DNA of 64,000 bases from Dendrobates tinctorius (Eukaryota): assembly GCF_039654945.1 (NCBI RefSeq), contig NW_027361772.1:7502001-7566000 (forward strand), read 5' to 3'. Below are positions 37,485 to 50,930 of the stretch, piece after piece. Under the pieces are notes generated by a model that made no database searches, was not told where the DNA came from, and worked only from the letters and a program-made list of their open reading frames with translations. Each line of letters starts with the position of its first letter. The stretch's first letter is position 1. The translations under genes were made by a program, and so were the position numbers.

Positions 37485-39326
37485 ACACTTTGCACCCCAT
37501 CTTGACTGAAAAAAAAGAAATGTAGACATTTGTGCAAATTTATTAAAAAAGAAAAACTGAAATATCACATGTTCATAAGTATTCAGACCTTTGCTCAGAC
37601 ACTCATATTTAAGTCACATGCTGTCCATTTCCTTGTGATCCTCCTTGAGATGGTTCTACTCCTTCATTGGAGTCCAGCTGTGGTTAATGAAACTGATAGG
37701 ACTTGATTTGTAAAGGCACACACCTGTCTATATAAGTGTCACGGTCACGTGTGTCTGGACGCAGCGAGTACCGCAAGGCGAAACCATAAGACACCCGTGA
37801 CCCTGGATACAGCGCCTCCAGTGGGCCGAATTTAAATAATAAAATGTGCAGCTGGAAACGCCGCCTCCAACTGGCGAATTTAGGTATTACACGTTATACA
37901 TACAGTAGTCTGGAAACCCCGCCTCCAGTAAGGCGAATTTAAATAATAAAGGGGGAACCTGGGTAACATTAACAATGGTGGGCCCTGCAATAGGGAATAG
38001 GGAAGTGGAGACCTCCAGAACTCCGCTGAGCCAGTGTCCCTGCACTCCTAATGTTCCCTATGCCGGTTCCGCACCGGGCGACGCACAGGAACCTAAAAAC
38101 CCTAGCTCGCCCTGAACCTAAACCCTCACTAGGGAATTGGTCGGTGCAGAAACTAATCCCACCACTGCACTAAACACACACAAGGGAAAATGACAATACA
38201 GGGGAAACACCACTTAGCTTTGCTCTGTTGCGTACGCTCCTAGCAACAGAGCCCACCACCTGTGTGCATCTTCTCCTCCACCCGGATCCATCACCATAAC
38301 TGGATCCTTCACCATAGTGCAGCCTTGGAGCAGAGTCCACCACCAGTTGCAGCTGCCCAGTAAACAGAGTCCCAAAGATGAGTCCAGCTTCTGCCAAAAA
38401 GTCCAGCATGCTTGAGTCCAGTTTTCAGCAACCAAGTCCAGCATGCTGAGTGCAACTCTCACCATCGTCGCCACTCCACCAAGCCATGCCAGCACTTCCT
38501 GCCGACACCATAAACTGACTCCACTACGCCATGCCAGCCCTTCCTGCAGACCACATAGCTGCCACTCGTCCCCTCTGGCTGGGCAGCGCAGGACTCAGGT
38601 TCAGCTCCTTCCTTCACCCAGGCTTCCTTGTGAATGACTAACACACAATATCACCAACAGTGATTGAACACACCTGGCTCTCTTTTATAGAGCCTCACAC
38701 CTGAATTATAATTACATGCACTAAACCAAAGAAACTAAAGTGTACTACCGCTCACCACCACCGGGGCAACTTAGAATGAACGACACCACGTGTAATAATT
38801 CTAATGGCCACCGGGGGCAATCACATCACTTTGGCACCTAGCCAAAGGAAAAAAAGTTCACTTATCCATTTAATCTGTCAGATCCATGCTGGATCATGAC
38901 AAAAAGACCTCACAGCTCACAGTGCATGTCAGACCAAATGAGAATCATGAGGTCAAAGGAACTGGCCAAGGAGCTCAGAGACAGAATTGTGGCAAGACAG
39001 AGATCTGGCCAAGGTTACAAAAGAATTTCTGCAGTACTCAAGGTTCCTAAGATCACAGTGGCCTCCATAATACTTAAATGGAAGAAGTCTGGGACCACAA
39101 GAAGTCTTCCTAGACCTGGCCATCCAGCCAAACTGAGCAATTGTGGGAGAAGAGCCTTGGCGAGAGAAGTAAAGAAGAACCCCAAGATCACTGTGGCTGA
39201 GTGTACATTCATGGGTGCAGAGTGTACATTAATGAGAAAAAAATGAACTTTTTTGAATTTACCAAATGGCTGCAATGAAACAGAGTGAAAAATGTAAAGG
39301 GGTCTGAATACTTTCCGTACCCACTG
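37485..39326 (+). mobile_element. Internally deleted Tc1 transposon interrupted by an LTR
   Basis: Paired-like N-terminus MRSKELAKELRDRIVARQRSGQGYKRISAVLKVP..GRRALAREVKKNPKIT (about 38947-39200); right end ..GGTCTGAATACTTTCCGTACCCACTG|TA. Confidence 0.85.
37737..38901. mobile_element. Solo LTR / LTR-type insertion within the Tc1
   Basis: TGTCAC...ATGACA termini; TSD ATAAG/AAAAG. Removal restores continuous Tc1 sequence (CTATATAAG|ACCTCACAGC). Confidence 0.7.
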
Positions 39327-39456
39327 TAGTTGACAGCTAGACTGGAGGCCCATAAATCTCTTACCTATTGGTGTCACTGGTGCTGTACCTGATTTGTCAG
39401 GGTTGGTGCGCCATCATCTGTGCCACACAAATCAATCTGCTCATCTCTACACAGTA

Positions 39457-40244
39457 AACAAAGATTGAGGAACAAACGGTATACATGTGGCCAAACAGAT
39501 GGTCAGATAAATGACGAAATGTCACTCCAGGCCACATATACCTGCAGGACCAAATCGCGGACAACTGTACAATATACAGAATACTTAGGAAGGAAGGCAC
39601 AACAGTCATAAATGTCCATTAAAAACAAATATTTTTATTAATATAGATAGATAAAACATAGACCAAGAATTAGACAGGGAGGGGAGAAAAAACCAACAAT
39701 GTATGGCATACAAAAGGCAATAGCGACCAAATACGTCACCAAGATACTCCAGGAATTAGTATACAAAGGGAAAATGTCCCATAAGTGCATTCATTAGAGC
39801 ATATTCCCCTAATAAAGATGTGACATGAATCTATGTAGAGCATGCTATCAGGCTAAATAACCATGAACATGGAATGCAGATGGCTGCTGATATTGGCAAT
39901 ATATGCAACTCATTATTCCATATTTACATGTATATGCTGTGCCGTGAGTTCCCACAAGGGATGATCTTTACTACTAATGTGTTAAATCTCCCCTTCTTCG
40001 GTTTTGGCATTCCATGTTCATGGTTATTTAGCCTGATAGCATGCTCTACATAGATTCATGTATACTAATTCCTGGAGTATCTTGGTGACGTATTTGGTCG
40101 CTATTGCCTTTTGTATGCCATATATTGTTGGTTTTTTCTCCCCTCCCTGTCTAATTCTTGGTCTATGTTTTATCTATCTATATTAATAAAAATATTTGTT
40201 TTTAATGGACATTTATGACTGTTGTGCCTTCCTTCCTAAGTATT
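39457..40244. mobile_element. Retro-insertion with long inverted repeat (Penelope-like)
   Basis: Arms about 39578-39878 and 40007-40245 are inverted, with one about 60-bp indel; flanked by the 17-bp direct repeat CTCATCTCTACACAGTA (39440-39456 and 40245-40261). Confidence 0.6.
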
Positions 40245-41662
40245 CTCATCTCTACACAGTATATTGGTAATGTTTCGTATGTATCGGGGTATTATTCGGT
40301 TAAATTATTCTGGTGGTATACAGTATTGTGGTATTATTTAGTAACGTAAAGGTGGTAGTATTCATTTACAATATGGTCATAGTATTTTCTAATTGCATGG
40401 TAGTATTATTAAGTAACAGAATGTTAGTATTATTTAGTAACAGTGTGGTAGTATTTCAAATCTGATACCCCAATTTTATTGTACCACCATTAGCATAAAG
40501 TCCATTAGAATAAAATTGTGCACCACCAGCATCCCCATTATATATTTCTTTGACATACTGTATATATTCTTATCTACTGGCTAACACGGTACAAAGATAT
40601 ACATCTTTCCTGTATCGGTATCAGTGCCATATTTAGAGTTTGTGCTGCCCTAGGCACTTTTAGTGCTGCCTCCCCCATTGGTGAGTATGACTAATGCAGA
40701 CACTGTCGGCAGTGACTTAGGCTACTTTCACATCAGCGATTTTTGCCATTCGCGGAAGATCTGGCAGTTTTTCCGCATCCTATGGGACTTGCAAACATGT
40801 GCGGCACTTGCGGTTTTGCCGCCATTCGGTAAATGCTGTACTTGCAGCAACGGAAAAAAACGCTGCCAGCAGTGGTTTTTTGTTTCATTGCAAGTGCAAA
40901 ACCACAAGTGTAGCACATGTTCGCAAGTCCCATAGGGAATCAATGAGGCCGAACGCAGTGTTGTCTTAAGTGATCCATTTTGTGGCAGATGCGGAAAAAC
41001 TGCCGGATCGCTGCAACACCCATCGGACCGGACCACCCCGGGTGAGTATAATAAAACTTGTTTTTCGTCTCTTTCAGGTTAGATCGGGGGCTTATCTACA
41101 GCATTATAGAATGCTGTAGATAAGCCCCTGATGGCAGTGGCCACATCTTATAGCAGCAAAACGAGGTGACAGGTTCCTTTTGATAGCGTAATATCAATGA
41201 ATAAATATTCTTAATATTATGTCATAATACCAGGATCTGATGATCTTCTGTTTCGAGGTCAAGATCTCTCTGATGCGATGCTGCTGCTTGTCTCGCTGTC
41301 TTCCTCTTTTGACACTGCAGTGTGGTGGACAAGAAAGCATTAACTGGTTAACAACAAGAAGTATGGTGTCTGTGTACTAACTGAGCTATAAACTCTCCCC
41401 ATACCATGTCCAGCAGACATTGGAGGATTACAAGATGGATTTTATTATTCTATTACTGTCCAGTCTCTGAATAAGGCCTTATAAACATCTATTATTGTAA
41501 AGATCTTCTAAATTATTATAAAGGCCTTATAAAGATCTATAAATAAAGATCTATTATTTAACGAGAAAAATAATTGTGGTGTCATTTCTTTGTCCAACCT
41601 CTTATTTTACATACTCCAGTGAAGAATGGTTACACACACCGATAAATAATAGATAGATCTAT

Positions 41663-42092
41663 TGAGAGAAAGGAAGAACAGAGAGAGAAAGAAAAAAGAA
41701 AAGAAAGACAGATCAGAGAGCGAAAGAAAGAACAGAGAAAGAAAGAGGGGAAAGAAAAAACAGAGAGCGGAAGAAAGAAAGAGGGGAAAGAAAGAAACAG
41801 AAAGAACAGAGAGAGAGAAAGAAAGTGGGGAAAAAAAGAACAGGGAGAGAAAGAAAGAACAGAGAGAGAAAAAGGAAGAATAGAGAGAAAGAAAGAAAAC
41901 AGAAAGAAAGAGGGGAAATAAAGAACAGAGAGAGAAAGAAAGAAGAACAGAGAGAGAAAAAAGAAAGAAAGGAGAGAGAAAGAAAACAGAGAGAAAGAAC
42001 AGAGAAAGAGAGGGAAAATAAAGAAACAGAGAGAAAGATTAAAGAGGGAAAGAAAGAACACACAGAGAAAGAAAGAAACAGAGAAAGAAAGA
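41663..42092. repeat. Polypurine (GA/AAAG) low-complexity tract
   Basis: About 430 bp almost entirely A/G. Confidence 0.95.
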
Positions 42093-42499
42093 TTCTATAA
42101 AGATACAAAACAGCCCGACTTCCATTGTAGTGCCCACCTGAGCCTCCTGATGCAGGACATATCATGATCCGCTCACATGGTCAACATCCCCGATTCCAAG
42201 GCGATCTCGCTGTCCGCACTGTTGGAGGACACGGTGATGGATCTGAAGCATTCCCTGAAGTGCCTCCATGGTTCCGTCACAATCACCTCCCGAAATTACC
42301 TCATTTCCGGTCAGCTTCCAGGACGTCACTTCCGGTGGAACGTCACGTATGAATTTTAAAGTGCTCCTCAGGGCTCCGCCGTGTACTCCTGTGTCCACAG
42401 GAAAAGTAAGCTCCCAGATGGGACAGCGGAGCAGACGCTCAAAATCGGGACTGTCCTGCTCGATCTGGGACTGTTGGGAGGTATGAATGCTCCCCACCA

Positions 42500-43445
42500 T
42501 ACACCGCTCTGCACACCTCATACACACATGGTTCCACTTTGTATGCCTCGCACACACACATTGCTTCGCTCAATACACCTCGCACACACACGGCTCCACT
42601 CAGTACACACATGGCTCCCCTCCGTACACCTTGTACACACGCAGCCACGATACATACACCTCGTACACACATGGCTCCAGTCCGTAAACCTTGTTCACAT
42701 GTGGCTCTGCTCCATGTACCTCGTACTCATGCGGCTCTGCTCCGCTCCATACACACACGGCTCAGCTCTGTACACTTCGTACACACAGGGCTCTGCTCCG
42801 AATACCAAGTACACACACGGCTCCGCTCCGTACACCAAGTACACAAATGACTCTCCTGCGTACACCTTGCACACATGTGGCTCTGCACACCTCGTACCCA
42901 CACGGCTCTGCTCCACACACCTCGTACCCACGCGGCTCCACTCCGCACACCTCGCACCCATGTGGCTCCACTCTGCACACCTCATACACACGCGGCTCTG
43001 CTCACAAAGTACACACGGCTCCGCTCCACACACCTCGTACACATGCGTCTCCACTCCGTACACCTCGTACACACACGGCTCCGCTCCACACACCCTGTAC
43101 ACACGCGGCTCTACTCCGTACACCTTGTACACACGCAGCTTGACTCTACACACCTTGTAGACACACGCGGCTCCGCTTCGTACACCTCGTACACACGCAG
43201 CTCGGATCCGTACACCTCGTACACACGCAGCTTGGATCCGTACACCTTGTACACACGCAGCTCGGATCTGTACACCTTGTACACACGCAGCTCCGCTCCG
43301 TACACCTCGTACACACACGGCCCGGCTTCGTACACCTCGTACACACGCGACTCCGCTCCGTACACCCTGTACATACGTGGCTCCGCTCCGTACACCTCGT
43401 ACACACGCGGCTCGGCTCCACACACCTCGTACACATACAGCTCTG
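42500..43445. repeat. About 30-bp minisatellite (CGTACACCTCGTACACACGCGGCTCCGCTC)
   Basis: Tandem periodicity. Confidence 0.9.
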
Positions 43446-44712
43446 CTACATCCACCCTGTAGTGTAGTAAACCCCTCCTGACCCCACACAGAAACTTCCC
43501 CTCATCCAGCACCATGACAACCAGCACAGCAGAGTCCTGCATCCACTGAGGGCTCTGATCATGTGACCCCTGACTCCTCCCCTCCTGCGACCTCGTAACA
43601 GGTCCTGTGCGCACAGAGTAGTCATGTATGAGAGCAACCCAAGCAGATGTAGGAGAGGATATGCTGCCCTCTACTTGCCTCATGGTAGGTGCGCCCCTGC
43701 AGTAACTGTCTCAGTTTGTGTGTCAGCAGGGAGGAGGGACAGTCGGCACCAGCACCACGTGTACTGACTGCCGCTCTGCCGCCCCCTGTCTGCAGGGATG
43801 ATTATGGCTCCACCGGACTAAAAGAAAAAAATCCAAAAACACCGCTTAGGTGCCGCCCCCCACAGAGTCCCGCCCTAGGCACGTGCCCTCAAGTGCCTAG
43901 TGGCAAATACGGCCCTGATCGGTATGGAGTTATTGTTTGGTCACAACATGGTGATATTATTCAGTATTGTAACATTATTTAGTATCAATTTGGTGGTGGT
44001 AATTTCTCATTATTGTAATTTTGGGACTAAACTTCTGTATTTCTGTAGATTATAGTGCAGCATAGTGTTATTTTAATCACTAAAGCAGCTCTAGGCTTCT
44101 ATAGTATTTTATCCCTTCTCTACAAAGCAGTTAAAATAAAAAGTAGTATTTCATGAAATCACGAAATAAACTGTGCAGTATAAGATCAGGGGATTTGTGA
44201 CTTACTACGTTGTTGGGATGAATTCAATTACGATATTATTGTTCTGCACAGCGTTGGGGCACAAGGTGTCTTTGTCAGGTGGATTCTGGTGAACAGTCAC
44301 TCAATAAGCAATCACTGATATGATCATTGCTTCAAAGAGCTTCCACTTACACCACTTATATATCGAATTTAATAAAAAGATGCCAGTGGCAAAGACGCTG
44401 CAAAAATTTCACAAAAGAGAAGGCAGACGCTTTTTGACAATCACTGCTGGCATTTTCCAGAATGGTTTTCTGCTTAAAAAATGATGCGGGTTTACAGGTG
44501 TCTTTAAGATGTCATGTGCACAGACCCTTAGAGTTTATCTAAACACGTTTTTGATTGTTTGAATCAGACACTTAAATTGTATTGTACTGTCACTGCCATA
44601 CAGTGCATTAAAACTGTATTGCGCTCATCTAGCATTCCCTTAATAATAATGTTTATATAGTAGAAGCATTTGTGGAAAGCTGCAGGAATTTGCCACCAGC
44701 CAGTATCTATTA

Positions 44713-45942
44713 CAGGGGTCCTTAAACTTTTTAAACAGGGGGCCAGTTCACGGTCCCTCAGACCATTGGAGGGCCGGAATATATGGTAGTTTAAAAAAAA
44801 ACTATGAACAAATTCCTATGCACACTGCACATATCTTATTTTGATGTAAAAAAACAAAACAAGACAGGAACAAATACAATATTTAAAATGAAGAACAAGT
44901 AAAGCTAAATCAACAAACTTACCGGTATTTCAAGGGGAAGTATGGGCCTGCTTTTGGCTAATGAGATGATCAATGTCTGGTTCAATATTTGTCACTGCTG
45001 GTCCTAACAAGTGAAGAAATTAATTAGGGATCACAGAAGCCTAGTTCTCCAAAAAGACTCATCAAAAAAACAAACGAATCATAAAAAATTATCTTTATTA
45101 GTCACTTTTTTGTTGCACTTTTTTCTTTTGTTTTTGTGCATTATTATGTGATTTTGATCAGCAAATTGGTTGCTTGGTTTTGTCATTTTTTTCAATTTTT
45201 GATGTTTTTTTAACGTGACTAATAAAGATAATTTTTATGATTAGTTTGTTTTTTGATGAGTCGTAGCAAGTGAAGCAATTGTTCTCTTTCTTGATATCAT
45301 GGTATCCTAGGGATTCCAAATTGCTCTTAGTAAAATTCTAATATAAAATACAGTGCTACAAAAACAATATACCAGCAATAAAATTTCCCACACAGAGACA
45401 TACAGACTGCTCTGCCCATCAATGCCGTCTGATCAGTTCCCATCAATGCAGCTTTGCTAGTCCATATCATTTCAGCCTCACCAGTGCCCATATAACTGGA
45501 ACTTCTCTTTTACCTCAGGCTCAGGCTGGTGTGGTGCGAGAGTCCCAAATAGGCAGGTAATTGTCCCCAATGGGCAGCATGGTCCCCAATAGGCAGGTAA
45601 ATGTCCCCAATAGGCAGTATAGGTCTGCATGATAGACCGGATACGGCGTTAAAAAAAATTTAAAAAATACCAGAACTCACCTATGTTCCCCGCTGCACTG
45701 AAGAGGCGCCCGCTCGATTCCATCTTCTTCTGGCACAGGCGACATGATGACAATCACATGGTCTGTGCTGCATATGGAGGGTTGCGCATAGCCTTTCCTC
45801 GCTGCCTCGTCATTACGCCCGCGATTAGAGGGCTCGCCGGCATTGAACTGTAGTGAACTTCAATGTCTGCTGATCTCAGGGGCTGGATAAATGTCCTCGG
45901 TGGGCCGCATGTTGCCCGCGGGCCGTAGTTTGACGACCCCTG
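44713..45942. mobile_element. Non-autonomous hAT (Charlie-like) element
   Basis: TIR CAGGGGTC..AAACT / AGTTT..GACCCCTG; perfect TSD ATCTATTA. Confidence 0.9.
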
Positions 45943-45959
45943 ATCTATTATATACAGCC

Positions 45960-46580
45960 ATAAATTTCCACTGAGTGGGAACAGATGATAAAAGGGATCA
46001 AAAGCAGAGGATTAATCTAGGAAGGGAGAACTGAGAAAAGTTAGATTGTTGAGGAGATATGATAGGAGTGCCTAAAAGATGTATTTTAGGGCATGGTTAA
46101 AACTGTTGTTTGGGAAAGCGCATTCCGGAGAACTGGTGCAGCACAAGAAAAGTCTTGGAGATGAAAGTGGGAAGTTTGGATTATGGAGGATCATTAGCAA
46201 AATAAGGAGCAAGGGCAGGGTTGTAGACTGGATGAGGGAGACAATTTAGGGCAGTGAAGCATGGTGGAGAATTTTTGTGACTGCGATAAGTTTATGTTGT
46301 GTTCTCTAGTGGATGGAGAACCAGTGCAATGACTGGCACAGAGCCAGAGGCATTGGTGTAGCAGTTGGATAGAAATATCACTCTGGCTGCTGCATTTAGG
46401 ATAGATTGCATAGGGGCAAGTTTAAGGAGACTGGCTAGTAATGAGTTGCAGTAATTAAGACAAGAATGAATCGAACGAGTTATTACAGTTCCAAAGGTAA
46501 GAAATGGTCAGATTCTGCAGATGTTTTTGAGGTGCAGGTAATAACAGCGTGCAAGTGATTGGATATAGAGGGTGAAGTAA
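45960..46580 (-). mobile_element. Decayed L2 LINE fragment
   Basis: Minus-strand translation FTLYIQSLARCYYLHLKNICRI*PFLT resembles the L2 ORF2 C-terminal region. Confidence 0.65.
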
Positions 46581-48140
46581 GTTGCTTTCACATGTTTTGC
46601 TGCAGAGTCTCACCCGTTACATACTCCTGATTACTCTTGTGTCAAACACACTTCACATGTATAATATACTTGTCTTTCTATGGGGCAAAAGGGCTGTTAA
46701 CGACCAACCAATGGCTAGTGTAAATGGTTATCCATAGCCCACTCTCCCCTCTTCAAAATAACTTTTCTTTAAAAGAGTTTTGTAAGAATAAGTTGTTAAA
46801 GTGGTATCTTTTCTTTTGTAACCTGTGGCATTAGGCTGGAGACACAGTAGCGATTTTAAAATCGGCCCGATTTTGATGGAGGAGAGTCGGATGAATGTAA
46901 TGCATGTGTCATCTGCTGTGAATACACTGAGCATGAACTGTGGTGCCCTCATCACTGGCATATTCACATGGTCCAGAGGTCTGCGCAGTTCAGGCTGTGA
47001 GGGAGCGCAGCTTCAGTGATGTCACCGCTAGTCACTGAGGCTGCGCTCGCAGCATCTCCTCATTCACCCAGTGGTTTTCAGCTGAGGCGGTCGCATCCTG
47101 GCACTGTCTATGTTGAAAACTGTATATACCCCAGATATGGATTACTGCGTGGGACACAACAACGGACAGGTATTGTATATTTGTTGGTTTATTATTTTAC
47201 TTTTATTACAGGAGATTGAGGGCTTTGTTCGTAAGTATGGTTTAAATAAGAATATTAAAGGAGTCTTCTGTGTCTTTATTTCAATTAAAGGGTTTTTTAC
47301 TGGTTGTCTGTGTTTTCTTTATAATTTGATTATGGCTTTAGTATGGCGTCTTATTGACGCCTCTCCATTACTAACCTTGGGGCATCAACCCCACCAACTA
47401 ATATGCCACTTGCCACCGCTACAGGGCAAATGGGAAGAGCAAGGCTAAGTGCCAGAATTGGCTTATCTTAGGGATGCACCTTTTCTGGGGTGGCTGAAAG
47501 CTGATGTTTGTAGCCAGGGGGGGGAAAGGGGCAGTATCCATGGCCCCTTCCTAGCCTATTAATATCAGCCAGCAGCTGTCTGCATAGCCTTTGCTGGCTA
47601 TTAATTATAGTGGGATCCCACGTCATTTTTTTGGGGGTCCCCCATTTTAATAGCCAGAAAGGCTAAGTATACAGCTGTGAGCTGATATTAACAGCCTGGG
47701 AGGCGCCATGGGTATTACCCCCTTCCCAGGCTATAAACATCTGCCCCCAGCCGTTGGCTTACCCTCTGCTAATTATGAAAATTGCGTGGGAACCCACGCC
47801 ATTTTTTTCAGAAAAATAATCATTTATTAAATACCTGTCCAATAATTTGCACACACATTGTACTAATTGTATTTGTCACTGGCATATATATCAACCTATT
47901 CCATTTGTCTTTACTGTATGTAAACCATGTCTTCTATCCTGTCGGCTCCTGCAGTGATTTTACAGAACACGACAGATGTATTACTGGCTTTACTTCTATC
48001 TATCTCTTTATGCAATATAAATACATACTGTATATATGTGTGTGTGTCACTGACATCTATATATATATATATCTACATGTATTCTATGTGTATATATCTA
48101 TTCTATTCTACCCTGTCAGTTTGATTTTACTGTACATTGC

Positions 48141-48289
48141 NNNNNNNNNNNNNNNNNNNNNNNNNNNNNNNNNNNNNNNNNNNNNNNNNNNNNNNNNNNN
48201 NNNNNNNNNNNNNNNNNNNNNNNNNNNNNNNNNNNNNNNNNNNNNNNNNNNNNNNNNNNNNNNNNNNNNNNNNNNNNNNNNNNNNNNNN
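48141..48289. other. Assembly gap (N run)
   Basis: Run of n. Confidence 1.
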
Positions 48290-50419
48290 TATATCTATTC
48301 TATCTATTCTTTTTTAAGCTGTCAGTGTGATTTTACTGTAGCCGCACATGAATTGCCGGCTTTTCAAAGGACAGCGGTGCGTAAAAATTGGACAGCACTT
48401 GCATGGTGCGAGTGCTGTGTGATTTTTTTCTCGCACACATTGACTTTTATTGCGGGATGCAATCTGATTTCCGATTACAATCGCAGCATGCTGCGATTAT
48501 TTTTCCAGTCCGATCATGATCCGATCCGAGCTGGAAAAAAAATACGCAGATGAAGACACAATCATAGAACAATAGTGGTCTGAATTCAATCCGATTTTTT
48601 ATCGGATTGCATTCGTCCGATTTCATTGCAAGTTGGAATAAGCCCTTAAGCTGTAATGTGTGGTGACAAAATAAAGGAAATACAGATACACTGTACAAAT
48701 AAAATTCTGGATGGGTTTTTATTCTAAGAATGTATAAAAAAAAAAGCAGAAGTAAGAGCATGCAATTAATTCTCTCAATACATGATATTATAACATTTTA
48801 ACATTTCTACAGAAAGAAGAAGATTGAGTTGGATTTGGAAAGAGGAAGCATAACATTCCAACTTCTTGCGACCATAAAAACGCCAGACGCTTCTTGTATC
48901 TTCCTCCTAACAGGGTTGTCTCATTTCGATAAAACCCATTTTCAAATGGCCTACTTGTGAACAAATCATCTTCTCTCATAACATACCACTAAAACACCTT
49001 TTATTTCTGCACATTGCGCAGTTAATGCCCTGTTTTGGTACTGCTGGAGAATTAAATTACCAAAAACAAAGAAAAAGAAGATGCTATGACTAAGGACGTG
49101 ATACCCTCCAAAAAGGGATTGTAAAGAATCTGTACATTTGATCACCAGTAAAATAATTACCAAAAGATGTCATAAAGCTTATTGATGTTTATGGGCTGGG
49201 TGGTGGACCCGCTTTGCCAAAACCCAAGGAAGACCTGGAGAGGCGTGACTAGGAGCCTTCCCTTATCTGACCATGGATACACAGCAGCATACAATACCGA
49301 GATCCAAGGACAGACAAGGGAGGTGATCCAGATGCTACTCCGGGACTGACCTTGGGTAGATGGCAGCCGACCCCCTAGGAACGGGTAGCTCTGGGGTGGA
49401 GGCTCAAGGGAATGTCCAACAAACGCAGGCAGACGGAGTATGATGACAGGAACCACGGTTGTAGACTGGATCATCTGACGGAGAGATGGGCACTAGCAAA
49501 TGCAGCTGGACCAGGTGACTTAGAGGTGAGAACTCGAAGCTGCAGCAGGATCGGATGACTTTGAGATAAGCTCTGGCAGGTGCAATGGGACCAGCTGCCA
49601 TTAAGATGAGCACTGGCGGGTGCCACTGGACCGGCTGACATTGAGATGAGCTCTGGCAGGTGCATCGGGACTGGCTAGCATGGAGATAAGCTCTAGCAGC
49701 TGCAGCGTACAGGGACCCGAGAACAAACAAGAGTGTTAGGAAACAAACTCACCACATTGCACAGGCACCTCCATGTTATAGGAGGTGCCTTAAATAGTAA
49801 GTGTCCTCCAGCTATTGGCTGGGGACTCATTAGGAGAATGCACACAGCACTTTTAAGAAAGGGTAAGTGTGCGCGCGTGCCCTAAGCACAGTGTGCGGGG
49901 ACTTGTGTATTGTGCACGCACCCCGGGCAGCTGCAGACCCAGAAGGAAGAGACGGAGCAGAACAACAGGGGCTGCGACGATGAGTATGCTGGCTTCTCTG
50001 CAGGGAGAGAGGGAAAACACTCAGACGCCGGAGCTACAAATGACTTGACTCCATCAAATTTTGATCCAGATTCTGGTAAAGAAATTCTTATCTTGTCAGT
50101 ACGCTTACTTTAGTTTGGTGATTTCACTATAACATGGAGCTTTTCAACCCTATAGGTTCTCTGTAAACCCCCTATGCACATTAAATGGAAGTTGGTCTTA
50201 TCGCTGATTTTGGTGGGACCTTTTGGACTATCCCCTGTCAGATGATGTTTGGGGAGGTACGGTAAACTGGCTATGCTCGTTGGGCTGAAAGTTACCACTG
50301 ACTGTCCCATACCCAGGAGTACTCAGCTCAGGGTAGCTTATCTTGTTTGCAGCTTATCATCTCTGAAAACAGAAGATCAGCATCCAAGTTTCAACTGCAG
50401 AATCTGCCAGGGAAAAGTC

Positions 50420-50930
50420 ACATGACATACAAAGCCATCCACAACCTCAGTCCTCCATACATCTGTGACCTCGTCTCCAGGTACTTACCTACACGCAACC
50501 TCCGATCCTCACAAGATCTCCTTCTGTACTCCCCTCTTATCTCCTCTTCCCACAATCACATACAAGATTTCTCTCGCGCATCACCCCTACTCTGGAACTC
50601 TCTACAACAACATATCAGACTCTCACCTACCATGGAAACCTTCAAAAAGAACCTGAAGACCCACCTCTTCTGACAAGCCTACAACCTGCAGTAACCACCG
50701 ATCCACCAAACCGCTGCACGACCAGCTCTACCCTAGCCTACTATATCCTCACCCATCCCGTTGTAGATTGTGAGCTCTCGCGGGCAGGGTCCTCTCTCAT
50801 CCTGTACCAGTCTTGACTTGTATTGTTTAAGATTACTGTACTTGTATGTATTATGTATACCCCTCCTCACATGTAAAGCACCATGGAATAAATGGCGCTA
50901 TAATAATAAATAATAATAATAATAATAATA
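50420..50930 (+). mobile_element. L2 LINE 3' end
   Basis: TYKAIHNLSPPYICDLVSRY..RNLRSSQDLLL..FKKNLKTHLF*, then a 3' stem-loop and (AAT)n tail. Confidence 0.9.

Larger units (their letters stand above)
40622..43917. mobile_element. 3.3-kb composite non-autonomous hAT element
   Basis: TIR CAGTGCCATATTT/AAATACGGCCCTG; perfect 8-bp TSD ATCGGTAT; carries MITE pieces, a purine tract and a minisatellite. Confidence 0.85.

Noticed and set aside
41630-42165. R/E/K-rich and F/L/S-rich ORFs
   Set aside because: Polypurine low-complexity tract.
42381-43683. Cys/His/Thr-rich ORFs resembling keratin-associated or zinc-finger proteins
   Set aside because: 30-bp minisatellite inside an hAT element.
48788-49163. 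Short minus-strand ORFs with a hydrophobic stretch
   Set aside because: No recognisable motif or splice structure; cannot assign.
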